Made by a program: the position numbers and the translations under genes
Part shown: positions 10,390 through 20,027 of the stretch, piece by piece
How the letters are laid out: every line of letters starts with the position of its first letter
Position numbering within the stretch: position 1 is the stretch's first letter
Notes under the pieces: generated by a model
What the model was told of the DNA's origin: nothing
Databases searched by the model: none
The model's input: the letters and a program-made list of their open reading frames with translations, nothing else
Origin: Gammaproteobacteria bacterium
GTDB taxonomy: Bacteria > Pseudomonadota > Gammaproteobacteria > Burkholderiales > JAHFRG01
Length of the DNA: 64,000 nt
Assembly (NCBI GenBank): GCA_041495205.1
Contig: JBGQCF010000002.1
Location: 86,745-150,744, forward strand
Reading direction: 5' to 3'

Positions 10390-10497
10390 AGCTTCACGCG
10401 CTTGAGTAGTACCGAGTTGACGATCACCGACAGCGACGACAGCGCCATGGCCGCGGCGGCGATGATCGGGTTAAGAAACCCCTGCGCGGCCACGATG
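10390..10497 (-). pseudogene. C-terminal stub of a second CopA ATPase gene
   Basis: [31 protein letters not shown] is nearly identical to the end of CopA at ~11022-11129. Confidence 0.85.
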
Positions 10498-10510
10498 GCC
10501 GTCCATACAC

Positions 10511-10621
10511 TCAGCCCCAGAACATCAACACCCCGGCGGCAAGCCCGATGGCGAACAGCGGGCACAGCCACAGCCAGTTACCGAGTGCCGCCTCCCAGTT
10601 GGCAATCACCTCGTCCGTCAC
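10511..10621 (-). CDS. Possible 36-aa single-TM peptide
   Basis: GTG start 1 nt after the upstream stop; MTDEVIANWEAALGNWLWLCPLFAIGLAAGVLMFWG. Confidence 0.35.
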   Translation of the reverse strand: MTDEVIANWEAALGNWLWLCPLFAIGLAAGVLMFWG

Positions 10622-10622
10622 C

Positions 10623-10877
10623 TCACCGCAGTCTTTTGCTCCAGAATCCCCACGTGATTCCATAGAGCGCGCCGAGCACAAAACCGGCGGCGGTGAACAG
10701 CACGAATCCTGTCAGGAAAGCGAGGGGACTGCCGGAGATCGGCCATGGACTGGCCGACGCAAGCCCGGCGAGCAGCCCGAAGGGCGGAAACAGCGCATCG
10801 AAAATGGCGCACAGGATATACGCCACACCCAGAGTCGTAGCCAGCGAAAACGCATGCACTTTCCAGAAGTCGTTCAT
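10623..10877 (-). CDS. DUF5676-like small membrane protein
   Basis: AAGGAGG RBS; two TM helices; Y.LCA motif; similar to 13432-13716. Confidence 0.65.
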   Translation of the reverse strand: MNDFWKVHAFSLATTLGVAYILCAIFDALFPPFGLLAGLASASPWPISGSPLAFLTGFVLFTAAGFVLGALYGITWGFWSKRLR

Positions 10878-11009
10878 AACACACCTCCTTAAATATTATT
10901 GGTTCCATAAGCGGCACGGCTACTTGCCTGGCCACCTGATGCTCCAGCATCTGTTCCATCATCTCCATTCGTTTTTCGGGTATGGGTCTTTTTGCATGTG
11001 TGACAAGCC

Positions 11010-13391
11010 TTAGCGGTTAGAGAGCTTCACGCGCTTTAGCAGCGCGGAATTGACGATCACCGAAAGCGAGCTCAACGCCATGGCAGCTGCAGCAATGACA
11101 GGATTGAGGAAACCCAATGCCGCGATGGGAACGCCGACAGAGTTATAGATGAAAGCCCAGAACAGGTTTTGCTTGATGGTGCGCATTGTTGCGCGGGAAA
11201 GATTGATGCCTGAGACAACGTCACGCACATCGTTCTTTACGAGGATGATGCCGCCGGTCTCCTTGGCTACATCGGAGCCCGAGCCGATGGCGATGCCGAT
11301 ATCCGCGGTGGCCAGCGCCGGCGCGTCGTTGACGCCATCGCCAACCATCGCCACCACCTTCTTCTTCGCCTGAAGATCCTTGATGATCCGGGCCTTGTCG
11401 GAAGGCAAAACCTCGGCAATAACAGTATCGATTCCTAGCTCGCGACCGATCGTGTTGGCGGTGCGAGAGTTGTCGCCGGTAAGCATGATCACCTCAATGC
11501 CGCTTGCTTTCAGCGATGCAACTGCCTCTTTCGCTTCCGGCTTGAGAGTGTCGGCGACAGCGATGATTGCGGCAAGCTTGCCGCCACAGCCGACCAGCAT
11601 CGCGGTCTTGCCTTCCGCTTCTAGCCGCACCATTTCCGTCTCGGCGGCTGTGACATCCACATTCTGGCGCTTGAGATGACGCCGGTTTCCGAGCAGCACT
11701 TGGCGGCCCTCGATCTCGCCAACTACGCCATGTCCCGGCACCGAATCAAAATTCGCAACGGCAGTAAGTTCAATCCCCGTATTCTTGGCTGCACGGACAA
11801 TCGCTTCGCCGAGTGGGTGTTCCGAACCGCTTTCAAGACTCGCGGCGAGCCGAAGCACATCGTTCTTGCCGAACGGAGGGAAGGCGACAATGTCTGTCAC
11901 GTCCGGTTCTCCGCGTGTTAGGGTGCCGGTCTTGTCGAAAACGACCGCGGTCAGCTTCTGGGCGCGCTCGAGAATTTCGCCACCCCGGATGAGGATGCCT
12001 CCCTCGGCGCCCCTGCCGACGCCCACCATCAACGCCGCCGGGGTGGCGATTCCCAATGCGCAGGGGCAGGCAATGATGAGGACGGCGATGAAGGCGAGCA
12101 GCCCCTGCGGGAAATTCCCCGCAAGCCACCACCCGGCAAACGCGAGCACCGCGGTGCCGACCACCGCCGGAACGAAATAAGTGGTGACTCGATCCGCAAG
12201 GCGCTGGATGGGAGCGCTGCTGGCCTGAGCTTCTTCCACCAGCTTGATGATCTGGGCGAGGGCGGTTTCCGCGCCGACCTTGGTGGCCTGAAAGCGGAAC
12301 ATTCCGGTCCGATTCAGCGTCCCGCCGATCACGGCGGAGCCAGGACGCTTCTCGACCGGCATCGATTCCCCGGTGAGCATGGATTCGTCTACAGCAGACG
12401 CGCCCTCCAAGACGACGCCGTCAGTGGGGATCTTCTCGCCCGGCCGGACGATCACTGTTTCCTCGACCATCACGCTCTCGGCCGGCACTTCCATTTCCTG
12501 GCCGTCCCGGATCACGCGAGCGGTCGCCGGCTTGAGGTCAAGGAGCTTGCGCACCGCTGCGGAGGAGTGCTTCTTAATGATCTCTTCCATGTATTTGCCG
12601 AGCAACACGAACGCGATAATCACCGCCGAGACTTCAAAGTAAACATCGCGCTCCTCGACTTTCACCGGGAGCATGTCCGGGAAAAACAGCACCGCCACGC
12701 TGTAGAAGTATGCAACCGAAGTGCCGAGCGCAATGAGGAAGTCCATGTTGATGGACCGCGTGCGGACCGCGTTCCAGGCGCCGACGTAGAAACTCCATCC
12801 GCCGATGAATTGAACCGGCGTGACCAGCAGGAACAGCCATATTCCCCAAGTAAACCACGGCAACTGCGGAATTGGTGCCCAAGTAAGAATCGTCGCCCCC
12901 GTGGCAAGCGCGAGGAACGCTCCCGCGCGCATGATCGCGAGCGCCAGCACGCCGGTGAGCGCGATGGTCACCCGCGTGCGCATGGACTTCAGCTCGGCCT
13001 CGGGCGATTCGAAGGTGCGTTGGCAACCGACGCTGCAGAAGTAATAGGTTCGGCCGCCACGCTCCGAGCGCAGTGACGTCGCCTTGTCGACCATCATTCC
13101 GCAGATCGGATCCTTTGCCATTTCCTTTGCGGATTTGCGGATAGCGCTCTGCATCGGTGTGTCGTGCTCGGCGTGGGCGATCGACCGCCCGTGAGCCGGG
13201 GCAAGCGTGAGTGTCGCCGCATGCGTCTTCGGATTTCCTTGATCCGCTCTGCCCGCGAATTTACCGGGGTCTGCCTTGAATGCGTTCAGGCAATGCGCGG
13301 AGCAAAAGAAATACGTCTGCCCCTGGTACGCGTGACTCCCTCCCGAGCGGGCGGGATCAACTTCCATCCCGCACACGGGATCAATTGCCAT
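11010..13391 (-). CDS. copA: Cu(I)-translocating P1B-1 ATPase with two N-terminal YHS domains
   Basis: DPVCGM/YFFCS and DPICGM/YYFCS; TGES, CPC, DKTGT, SEHP, GDGVND, YN, MALSS. Confidence 0.93.
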   Translation of the reverse strand: MAIDPVCGMEVDPARSGGSHAYQGQTYFFCSAHCLNAFKADPGKFAGRADQGNPKTHAATLTLAPAHGRSIAHAEHDTPMQSAIRKSAKEMAKDPICGMMVDKATSLRSERGGRTYYFCSVGCQRTFESPEAELKSMRTRVTIALTGVLALAIMRAGAFLALATGATILTWAPIPQLPWFTWGIWLFLLVTPVQFIGGWSFYVGAWNAVRTRSINMDFLIALGTSVAYFYSVAVLFFPDMLPVKVEERDVYFEVSAVIIAFVLLGKYMEEIIKKHSSAAVRKLLDLKPATARVIRDGQEMEVPAESVMVEETVIVRPGEKIPTDGVVLEGASAVDESMLTGESMPVEKRPGSAVIGGTLNRTGMFRFQATKVGAETALAQIIKLVEEAQASSAPIQRLADRVTTYFVPAVVGTAVLAFAGWWLAGNFPQGLLAFIAVLIIACPCALGIATPAALMVGVGRGAEGGILIRGGEILERAQKLTAVVFDKTGTLTRGEPDVTDIVAFPPFGKNDVLRLAASLESGSEHPLGEAIVRAAKNTGIELTAVANFDSVPGHGVVGEIEGRQVLLGNRRHLKRQNVDVTAAETEMVRLEAEGKTAMLVGCGGKLAAIIAVADTLKPEAKEAVASLKASGIEVIMLTGDNSRTANTIGRELGIDTVIAEVLPSDKARIIKDLQAKKKVVAMVGDGVNDAPALATADIGIAIGSGSDVAKETGGIILVKNDVRDVVSGINLSRATMRTIKQNLFWAFIYNSVGVPIAALGFLNPVIAAAAMALSSLSVIVNSALLKRVKLSNR

Positions 13392-13431
13392 TGCTTTACC
13401 TCTTCTCTTTCCTTGTTCCTTCACCCGAACT

Positions 13432-13716
13432 TCAGCTTGGACCGCTGTCGCCGTGGAACAGGTTGTGCAGCCAAGCGAACAGCGCACCGACCGCGAAGCC
13501 CCAAATCACGAAGACCACCAACGGATAGATGAACATCGGGAAGGTGAAAGGCTCGGGCATTACGAGCTTGCGGAAATCAAGCCCGTGAAACAGGGCGTTT
13601 AGGAAATCAATTCCCCGTTCTGGCCACAGCGCGTACAGTGCTGCGCAAACTGTATAGCTAATGGCAAGCGTCAACGCCAGTGTAGCCCCTGTTTTCCAGG
13701 GATGCATCGTTGTCAT
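13432..13716 (-). CDS. DUF5676-like membrane protein
   Basis: AAGGAGG RBS; YTVCA...[11 protein letters not shown]; two TM helices. Confidence 0.7.
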   Translation of the reverse strand: MTTMHPWKTGATLALTLAISYTVCAALYALWPERGIDFLNALFHGLDFRKLVMPEPFTFPMFIYPLVVFVIWGFAVGALFAWLHNLFHGDSGPS

Positions 13717-13816
13717 GATTCCCTCCTTAAATCTTTATAGAACAACACAGCATGACTCCATGCTGAAGGAGACATCACACAACCGATTAAGTTTAAGCTT
13801 TTACGCACTTAGTTTG

Positions 13817-13830
13817 TTGATTTAGATCAA
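13817..13830. promoter_or_regulatory. FNR-family box, positioned for the leftward copA operon
   Basis: TTGATTTAGATCAA is a perfect TTGAT-N4-ATCAA; minus-strand TAAACT at 13795-13790 fits class II spacing. Confidence 0.8.
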
Positions 13831-13880
13831 GGAGGCCGCATGCCGGTTGTTTCATCGCCTGAGTGGCTGCTGCACCAAGT

Positions 13881-13894
13881 TTGATCTGGATCAA
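13881..13894. promoter_or_regulatory. FNR-family box for hemN
   Basis: TTGATCTGGATCAA is perfect consensus; TATTAT at 13919-13924. Confidence 0.85.
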
Positions 13895-13940
13895 TCTGCC
13901 GCTTGCCGCTTGGGGTCATATTATGCACAATTTGGTGAAG

Positions 13941-15356
13941 ATGATGCCGACGGTAGAAATGAACAATTTCGTACCCGACCCCCTGGGTGTGGATGCGGGT
14001 CTTCTGCGGCGGCTGGAGCGCAGCGGCCCCCGTTACACTTCCTATCCAACTGCGGACCGTTTCGTTGAAGCGTTCGGGCCCGATGCTTACCGGACCTGGA
14101 CGGCAAAGCGCAACATCGGCGGCATCATCCGTCCTCTTTCGCTGTATGTGCACATCCCATTTTGTGACAGCCCCTGCTTCTATTGTGCATGCAATAAGAT
14201 AATCACCAGGGATGAGAGCATTGTGGAAAACTACTTGCGCTATCTAGAGCAGGAAATCGCCGTGCAGGGCGAGTTGTTCCGCAGCGACCCGGATGTGGTT
14301 CAATTGCACTGGGGCGGCGGCACGCCTACTTTTCTTAAACATGATGAGTTGCGCCAGCTGATGGCAGTAATCCGCAGCCATTTCCGCTTGGCTGCGGAAG
14401 GTGAATATTCGGTGGAAATCGATCCGCGCACTGCCGACGGGGAAACGATGGCAGTGCTCGCTGAGCTTGGATTCAACCGCGCCAGCTTCGGCGTGCAGGA
14501 CTTCGACCCGGTTGTGCAAAAGGCGGTGAACCGGGTACAGACGAGGGAAGAGACTGTGTGCGTAATCCGTGCGGCGCGCCACGAAGGATTCAAGTCCGTA
14601 AACATCGATCTGATTTACGGTCTGCCACACCAAAATGTTGTGAGCTTTAACGAAACGCTTGACTGTGTGATCGCGATGGACCCTGACCGGGTTTCAATAT
14701 ACAGCTACGCGCATCTCCCCAACCGGTTCAAGGCGCAACGCAGAATCAATGAAGCGAACTTGCCAGACGCGGGAACAAAATTGCAGCTCCTGGGGTTGGC
14801 CATCAAACGCATGACCGATGCGGGATACATTTACATCGGCATGGATCATTTTGCCAAGCTGGATGACGAACTGACGCAGGCCCAGCGCCAAGGCCGTTTG
14901 CATCGCAACTTCCAGGGATATTCGACTTACGCCGATTGCGATCTAGTGGCCCTGGGTGTTTCCGCCATCGGCAAGATCGGCCCCACTTACAGCCAGAACT
15001 TCCGGACGCTGGAGGAATATTATGACTGCCTCAATCGCGGGCAATTGCCTATCATGCGTGGCATTGAGCTGACGGCTGACGATCTGGTGCGGCGCGCTGT
15101 GATCCAGGCTCTCATGTGCCATTTCGAGCTTTCCAAGGAAGCTATAGAAAAGGCCCACGTGGTGGAATTTGACAATTACTTTGCACCGGAACTGTTAGAA
15201 CTCGAGGGTTTTGAGCGCCAGGGATTGCTTACCCTGGAGGACTGCTGGATTAACGTGACGCCGCGTGGCCGGTTCGCCATCCGCGACATCTGCATGGTGT
15301 TCGACAAATACCTGCGCACCGACCTGGAACGCCGCCGCTATTCCAAGCTGATATAA
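13941..15356 (+). CDS. hemN: Oxygen-independent coproporphyrinogen III oxidase
   Basis: GPRYTSYPTA, YVHIPFCDSPCFYCAC radical-SAM motif, GGGTP, RNFQGY; start moved downstream of the FNR promoter. Confidence 0.95.
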   Translation: MMPTVEMNNFVPDPLGVDAGLLRRLERSGPRYTSYPTADRFVEAFGPDAYRTWTAKRNIGGIIRPLSLYVHIPFCDSPCFYCACNKIITRDESIVENYLRYLEQEIAVQGELFRSDPDVVQLHWGGGTPTFLKHDELRQLMAVIRSHFRLAAEGEYSVEIDPRTADGETMAVLAELGFNRASFGVQDFDPVVQKAVNRVQTREETVCVIRAARHEGFKSVNIDLIYGLPHQNVVSFNETLDCVIAMDPDRVSIYSYAHLPNRFKAQRRINEANLPDAGTKLQLLGLAIKRMTDAGYIYIGMDHFAKLDDELTQAQRQGRLHRNFQGYSTYADCDLVALGVSAIGKIGPTYSQNFRTLEEYYDCLNRGQLPIMRGIELTADDLVRRAVIQALMCHFELSKEAIEKAHVVEFDNYFAPELLELEGFERQGLLTLEDCWINVTPRGRFAIRDICMVFDKYLRTDLERRRYSKLI

Positions 15357-15396
15357 TCGCGGCGCCGGATATTCGCAGCGATTTACAGTTGCCGAT

Positions 15397-15552
15397 TTAT
15401 AGCCTCTTAGTCACATGCATCAGTTTCGGATCGTCGGTGCTTGTGGAAATATCGAAGCCCAGCGCTTTTACCAGCTGCAGCATTGCAATATTCTGTTTAA
15501 GCACCCACCCATCAATGACTTTGATCCCTTTGTGGCGAATGCATTCAGCCAT
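15397..15552 (-). pseudogene. C-terminal fragment of a GNAT (Pat-like) acetyltransferase
   Basis: MAECIRHKGIKVIDGWVLKQNIAMLQLVKALGFDI matches the GNAT tail G.VL..N..ML.L...LGF; in-frame stop just upstream. Confidence 0.6.
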
Positions 15553-15553
15553 G

Positions 15554-15567
15554 TTGATATAGGTCAA
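15554..15567. promoter_or_regulatory. FNR-like box upstream of mgtA
   Basis: TTGATATAGGTCAA, one mismatch from consensus. Confidence 0.65.
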
Positions 15568-15623
15568 ATATTTTTATTCGGATAAATAGTGACAGCTAAT
15601 ATGTCTGAAAGAGGGCGCAACAA

Positions 15624-18227
15624 GTGACCGGTAAAAGAAACAGGCACCGATTTTCAGCAATGCGCGCACGGCGAAGCCGCGGGCAGGAAACATTGGCCGC
15701 AGAAGAGGGCTCATGGTGGCGGGAGCCGTTAAGCGAATGCCAAGCCGATCTCGGCGCGGGCTGTGATGGCCTTTCAAGCAAGGAAGCCCGCCACCGGCTG
15801 CGTATTTTCGGTCCCAACACCTTCCAGGACAGCCCCAAGCGGTCACTGCTTGTTCAGTTCCTGACTCGTTTCAAGAATCCGCTGGTTATTGTTCTGTTGG
15901 TGGCAAGCACCATATCCTTGCTGACCCAGGAAATCGCCAGTTTCGCCATTATCAATATTATAGTCATCCTCAGCGTCACTCTGGATTTCATTCAGGAATA
16001 CCGCGCGGAACGGGCTGCCGAACACCTGCGTGAAATGGTAGCGGTGCATGCGACGGTCATGCGCGATGGATATACGCGCGCCGTTGCCGTGAAGAACCTT
16101 GTTCCGGGAGACCTCGTCCTGTTGGCGGCAGGCAATCTGGTTCCGGCAGATGGACGGGTTATCGAGGCACGTGACTTGTTTGTGAACCAGTCCATTCTTA
16201 CCGGCGAACCGTATCCTGTCGAAAAACAGCCGGGTGAAATCTCTTCCGGTGATGCGGATTTGCAGAACGCGCGAAACGCGCTTTTCATGGGTACGGCGGT
16301 TACCAGCGGTACGGCGAAGATGCTGGTATGCAGAACCGGGAACAATACCGCCATCGGACAAATTGCCGAGTATGTTGGGCGTCAGAAAGCCCCGACCGCT
16401 TTCGAACTGGGAACGCGGCGGTTTGGCCTGATGATTATGCGTTTGACATTCTTCCTGGTTTTGTTTGTGCTGCTGGTCAATGCCCTGTTTCACAGGCCAT
16501 TGCTGGAATCCTTTTTGTTCGCGGTCGCGCTCGCGGTCGGCCTTACTCCGGAGCTATTACCGATGGTAGTGACGGTCACTCTTTCCCGCGGCGCGCTGCG
16601 CATGGCGGGCAAGAAGGTGATTGTGAAACGCCTGGCTTCGATACAAAACCTCGGCAGCATGGATATTTTGTGCACCGACAAAACCGGTACGCTTACGGAA
16701 GCGCGCATCCGGCTCGCACAGCACCTCGATGCCGAGGGCCATGACAGCGGGAAGGTGCTGCAGCTTGCCTACCTGAACAGCCACTTCACAAGCGGGTTAG
16801 GGAATCCGCTCGATGCAGCCATTCTTGAGCATCAGCAAATTGATGTTACTGCTTGGAAGAAGATTGACGAAATTCCGTTTGACTTTGAGCGCCGCCGCGT
16901 GTCGGTTCTGCTCGACGACGGTGGCAGCAGAATACTGGTGGCCAAGGGTGCTCCGGAAGATATTTTACGGTCATCGACCCGCTACGAGGATAGCGGCGGA
17001 AGCGCCCGTGAGCTTAATCCCGCTGCGCTTGAGTCACTGCAAACGCAATATGAGGCGCTTGGCGAAGAGGGCTTAAAGGTGCTCGGCGTGGCGTGGCGCG
17101 AAATTGCCCGTGATCGCGCTGTTGCCTCACTGGCCGATGAAAAGAATCTGGTTTTCGCCGGCTTTGTGGCGTTTTACGATCCACCCAAAAGAAGTGCGGC
17201 TGCCGCGCTTGCGGCTCTGGCGGGAAGCCATGTAGTACTCAAAATTGTTACCGGCGACACCGAGCAGGTTGCGAAGCACTTATGTACGCAGCTTGGAATC
17301 ACGGTAACGGGAGTGCTGAAGGGCGTCCAGATAGCCGCAATGGACGATGGCGCCCTGCAGGCCGGAGTGGAGTCCGTGAATCTTTTTTGCCGGGTGACGC
17401 CCGGACAGAAAAGCCGGATTATTCAAGCCTTGCGGGCGCGGGGTCATGTGGTGGGCTATCTTGGCGACGGCATCAACGACGCTCCGCCGCTGCATTCGGC
17501 CGATGTCGGATTGTCGGTTGACTCCGCCGTGGATGTTGCAAAAGATGCGGCGGACATGATTCTTCTTAAGCATGATCTGAATGTGCTGCACGATGGTGTC
17601 ATGGAAGGCCGCCGGACATTCGCCAACATCATGAAATACATCATGATGGGCACGAGCTCGAATTTCGGCAACATGTTCAGCATGGCGGGGGCAAGTTTAT
17701 TCCTACCGTTCCTGCCGATGCTGCCGACCCAGATACTGCTCAACAATATTCTTTACGATATCTCGGAGGTGGCGATTCCGTTGGACAGCGTTGATGCCGA
17801 GGCAATCGAAAAGCCGCGACATTGGGATACCAATTTCATCAGGAACTTCATGGTGGTGGTAGGCGTTGTCAGCTCCATTTTTGACTTTCTCACATTTTAC
17901 GTGCTGCTGGAGATCATGCACGCAGACATGGCTTTGTTCCAGACAGGGTGGTTTGTCGAATCACTGGCGACGCAGGTCCTGGTCATCTTCGTGATCCGCA
18001 CGCGCGGCAGCCCCTTCGCCAGCCATCCACACCCGCTGCTTGCAACAACTTCAATTGCCGTGGTGGTGCTGGCTGCGTTGCTGCCTTTTATCTCAATCGG
18101 CGCGTATTTTGGCTTTGTCCAGCTTCCTGTGCAGTTCTTTTTAATCCTGGGAGGCATGGTGGTTGCCTACCTGCTGCTGGTACAACGGGTCAAACGGTTC
18201 TTTTACCTGCGCTTGGCTCCGGGTTAA
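15624..18227 (+). CDS. mgtA: Magnesium-translocating P-type ATPase
   Basis: AVGLTPELLP, DILCTDKTGTLT, EIPFDFERRR, GDGINDAP, SSNFGNMFS, FQTGWFVESL. Confidence 0.93.
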   Translation: MTGKRNRHRFSAMRARRSRGQETLAAEEGSWWREPLSECQADLGAGCDGLSSKEARHRLRIFGPNTFQDSPKRSLLVQFLTRFKNPLVIVLLVASTISLLTQEIASFAIINIIVILSVTLDFIQEYRAERAAEHLREMVAVHATVMRDGYTRAVAVKNLVPGDLVLLAAGNLVPADGRVIEARDLFVNQSILTGEPYPVEKQPGEISSGDADLQNARNALFMGTAVTSGTAKMLVCRTGNNTAIGQIAEYVGRQKAPTAFELGTRRFGLMIMRLTFFLVLFVLLVNALFHRPLLESFLFAVALAVGLTPELLPMVVTVTLSRGALRMAGKKVIVKRLASIQNLGSMDILCTDKTGTLTEARIRLAQHLDAEGHDSGKVLQLAYLNSHFTSGLGNPLDAAILEHQQIDVTAWKKIDEIPFDFERRRVSVLLDDGGSRILVAKGAPEDILRSSTRYEDSGGSARELNPAALESLQTQYEALGEEGLKVLGVAWREIARDRAVASLADEKNLVFAGFVAFYDPPKRSAAAALAALAGSHVVLKIVTGDTEQVAKHLCTQLGITVTGVLKGVQIAAMDDGALQAGVESVNLFCRVTPGQKSRIIQALRARGHVVGYLGDGINDAPPLHSADVGLSVDSAVDVAKDAADMILLKHDLNVLHDGVMEGRRTFANIMKYIMMGTSSNFGNMFSMAGASLFLPFLPMLPTQILLNNILYDISEVAIPLDSVDAEAIEKPRHWDTNFIRNFMVVVGVVSSIFDFLTFYVLLEIMHADMALFQTGWFVESLATQVLVIFVIRTRGSPFASHPHPLLATTSIAVVVLAALLPFISIGAYFGFVQLPVQFFLILGGMVVAYLLLVQRVKRFFYLRLAPG

Positions 18228-18239
18228 TAGAATATCAGT

Positions 18240-18920
18240 TTGATCAATACCTCCTTTTCCCTGTACACGGGCTCATCGTTTACTCTCAATAGCGACATTC
18301 ACGTTCAACAACCCGGCTTAGGCACGGATGCCACGTTCCATAACGTAAGTTGGGAGACGAAGCCTTTCAAAATGCCGCCCTACTATGGCGTTCGGCTAAA
18401 CTACTTTTTCGAGAGTTCGCCTCACTGGGGCGTGGGCCTGGATTTCACCCACGATAAAATATATGCGCAAACGGACCGAGTTGTTCAGGTTTCGGGCACT
18501 TTCAACGGAGTGCCGGTCAATCAATCCGCCCCGTTGGGGCAGTTCGTGCAAAAGTTCAATATCACGCACGGCGTGAATATCGTCGCGCTCAACGTCTTAT
18601 ACCGGTGGACGGAGAATTTCGCTAGTGAAGCTTTCCCGAACGGGCGCTTGCAGCCCTACATTGGCGGCGGTCCGACTTACTACATCCTGCACCCGGAAAA
18701 CACCATCAACAACAAGAATAACAACGAAGGCTACCAAGGTTCGGGTTTCGGCTATCAGGTACTGGGCGGCGTGCATTTCTGGCTTACACGGCATGTCGGC
18801 TTGTTTGCAGAGACCAAGTTCAACAGCGGTCATGCAAAGGTGGACACTGCAGACCAGGGAAAAGCGGAGACGTCCCTGGACACGTTTCAGGTACTGGGAG
18901 GCGTGAGCTTGGGATTCTGA
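18240..18920 (+). CDS. LpxQ (lipid A oxidase)-like outer-membrane beta-barrel, lacking a signal peptide
   Basis: SLYTG, W..KPFKMPPYYGVR, LDFTHDK, THGVN, terminal F; in-frame stops immediately upstream. Confidence 0.65.
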   Translation: MINTSFSLYTGSSFTLNSDIHVQQPGLGTDATFHNVSWETKPFKMPPYYGVRLNYFFESSPHWGVGLDFTHDKIYAQTDRVVQVSGTFNGVPVNQSAPLGQFVQKFNITHGVNIVALNVLYRWTENFASEAFPNGRLQPYIGGGPTYYILHPENTINNKNNNEGYQGSGFGYQVLGGVHFWLTRHVGLFAETKFNSGHAKVDTADQGKAETSLDTFQVLGGVSLGF

Positions 18921-18995
18921 ACCGGTGTTAAAGCTTGTGTTGCAGTGCTTGATTGAAGCAAATTGACACGTTGATAGAAGCGGGCGGCTGCCGGG

Positions 18996-19625
18996 TTAAA
19001 ATCTCTTTCGTATACCTATCATAAAACCACCCGGGAGGATATTCAGGATAATCGGCTGTTCCCGGGAATGGGCATAGTACCCGGCCAAGGTGCCCAACGC
19101 GAATCCGACTAAGACATCAGTTTGCCAGTGCGCCTGAGACTTCATCCGCGCAACCGCGTCATAAAGCGGAAGCAACTCGAGCGCGTAGACAGCCGGATAG
19201 TCATCGTGGTATTCGAGAACAAAAGGCGTAATGATTGCGGTCACCGCAGTCACTTCTCCACTGGGAAAGCTGTAGTGTGACCCGCCTTGAAACCAGGCAT
19301 TGGGATCGTTTCCTTGAATCGGGCGGGAGCGGGTGAATATATGTTTCATCGCTTCGGATGACACTGCACCGATTGCCGATGAGTCGATCGATTGCCAGAA
19401 GGTTCTGCCGAGCCGGGTTTCGCCCCCTTCCCAGACGGCACCGACTACCTCTGTCCCGACCAGAGTGTAAATCAATGCATTTTGAATGTTGCGGTTCCAG
19501 ATCCCGCTGTTATCGGAGTTGAGGCGGTGATCGATCCCCAGAAAACCGCCCCCTGCCCAAGCATGCGCGCTCCAGATCGCGGCCGCGCAAACGAGCACTA
19601 CTCGTACTGTACGCGAAACCATCAT
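18996..19625 (-). CDS. PAP2-family phosphatase
   Basis: Signal peptide; K.....RSRP, SFPSG(E), AR.....HWQTDV. Confidence 0.85.
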   Translation of the reverse strand: MMVSRTVRVVLVCAAAIWSAHAWAGGGFLGIDHRLNSDNSGIWNRNIQNALIYTLVGTEVVGAVWEGGETRLGRTFWQSIDSSAIGAVSSEAMKHIFTRSRPIQGNDPNAWFQGGSHYSFPSGEVTAVTAIITPFVLEYHDDYPAVYALELLPLYDAVARMKSQAHWQTDVLVGFALGTLAGYYAHSREQPIILNILPGGFMIGIRKRF

Positions 19626-20027
19626 CGAGCTAAGTTATCAACAGGTTGTCAAAAAATCCAGCCAGAACTTGGACGGTTATCATCTCGGGTTGCAGCGAAG
19701 CGAACATGAGCATGACCCACCTGCATTAATTATACCAGTGTTAAATTGTACCAAAGTCAGTTTCGGTTTGCTTGGCCGGCTGCTGCTTTGATTCTCTGAC
19801 TAGGCTTCAGGCAGGGGGAATGCGGCTTGCTTTTTCTTACAACCGGGCTGCAAGGGCAGCAAGGGCATGCGTCAGAACGGGAGAATTGTAAAAGGTCCGG
19901 ATTATAAGCTATATTAACAAGGCATAAACTATCGTGTGCATTGAGGAGCAGTTCCTTAGAATGCCTAACGCCAGGTTCTCAAACAACCTGCACAAATCCG
20001 GCAATATCAATCAATCGAGGAGGCAAC

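Noticed and set aside
10338-10571. 77-aa ORF as a real gene
   Set aside because: Chimera of unrelated sequence and the CopA C-terminal stub
13863-13940. Longer hemN start
   Set aside because: It would place the FNR box and -10 element inside the CDS
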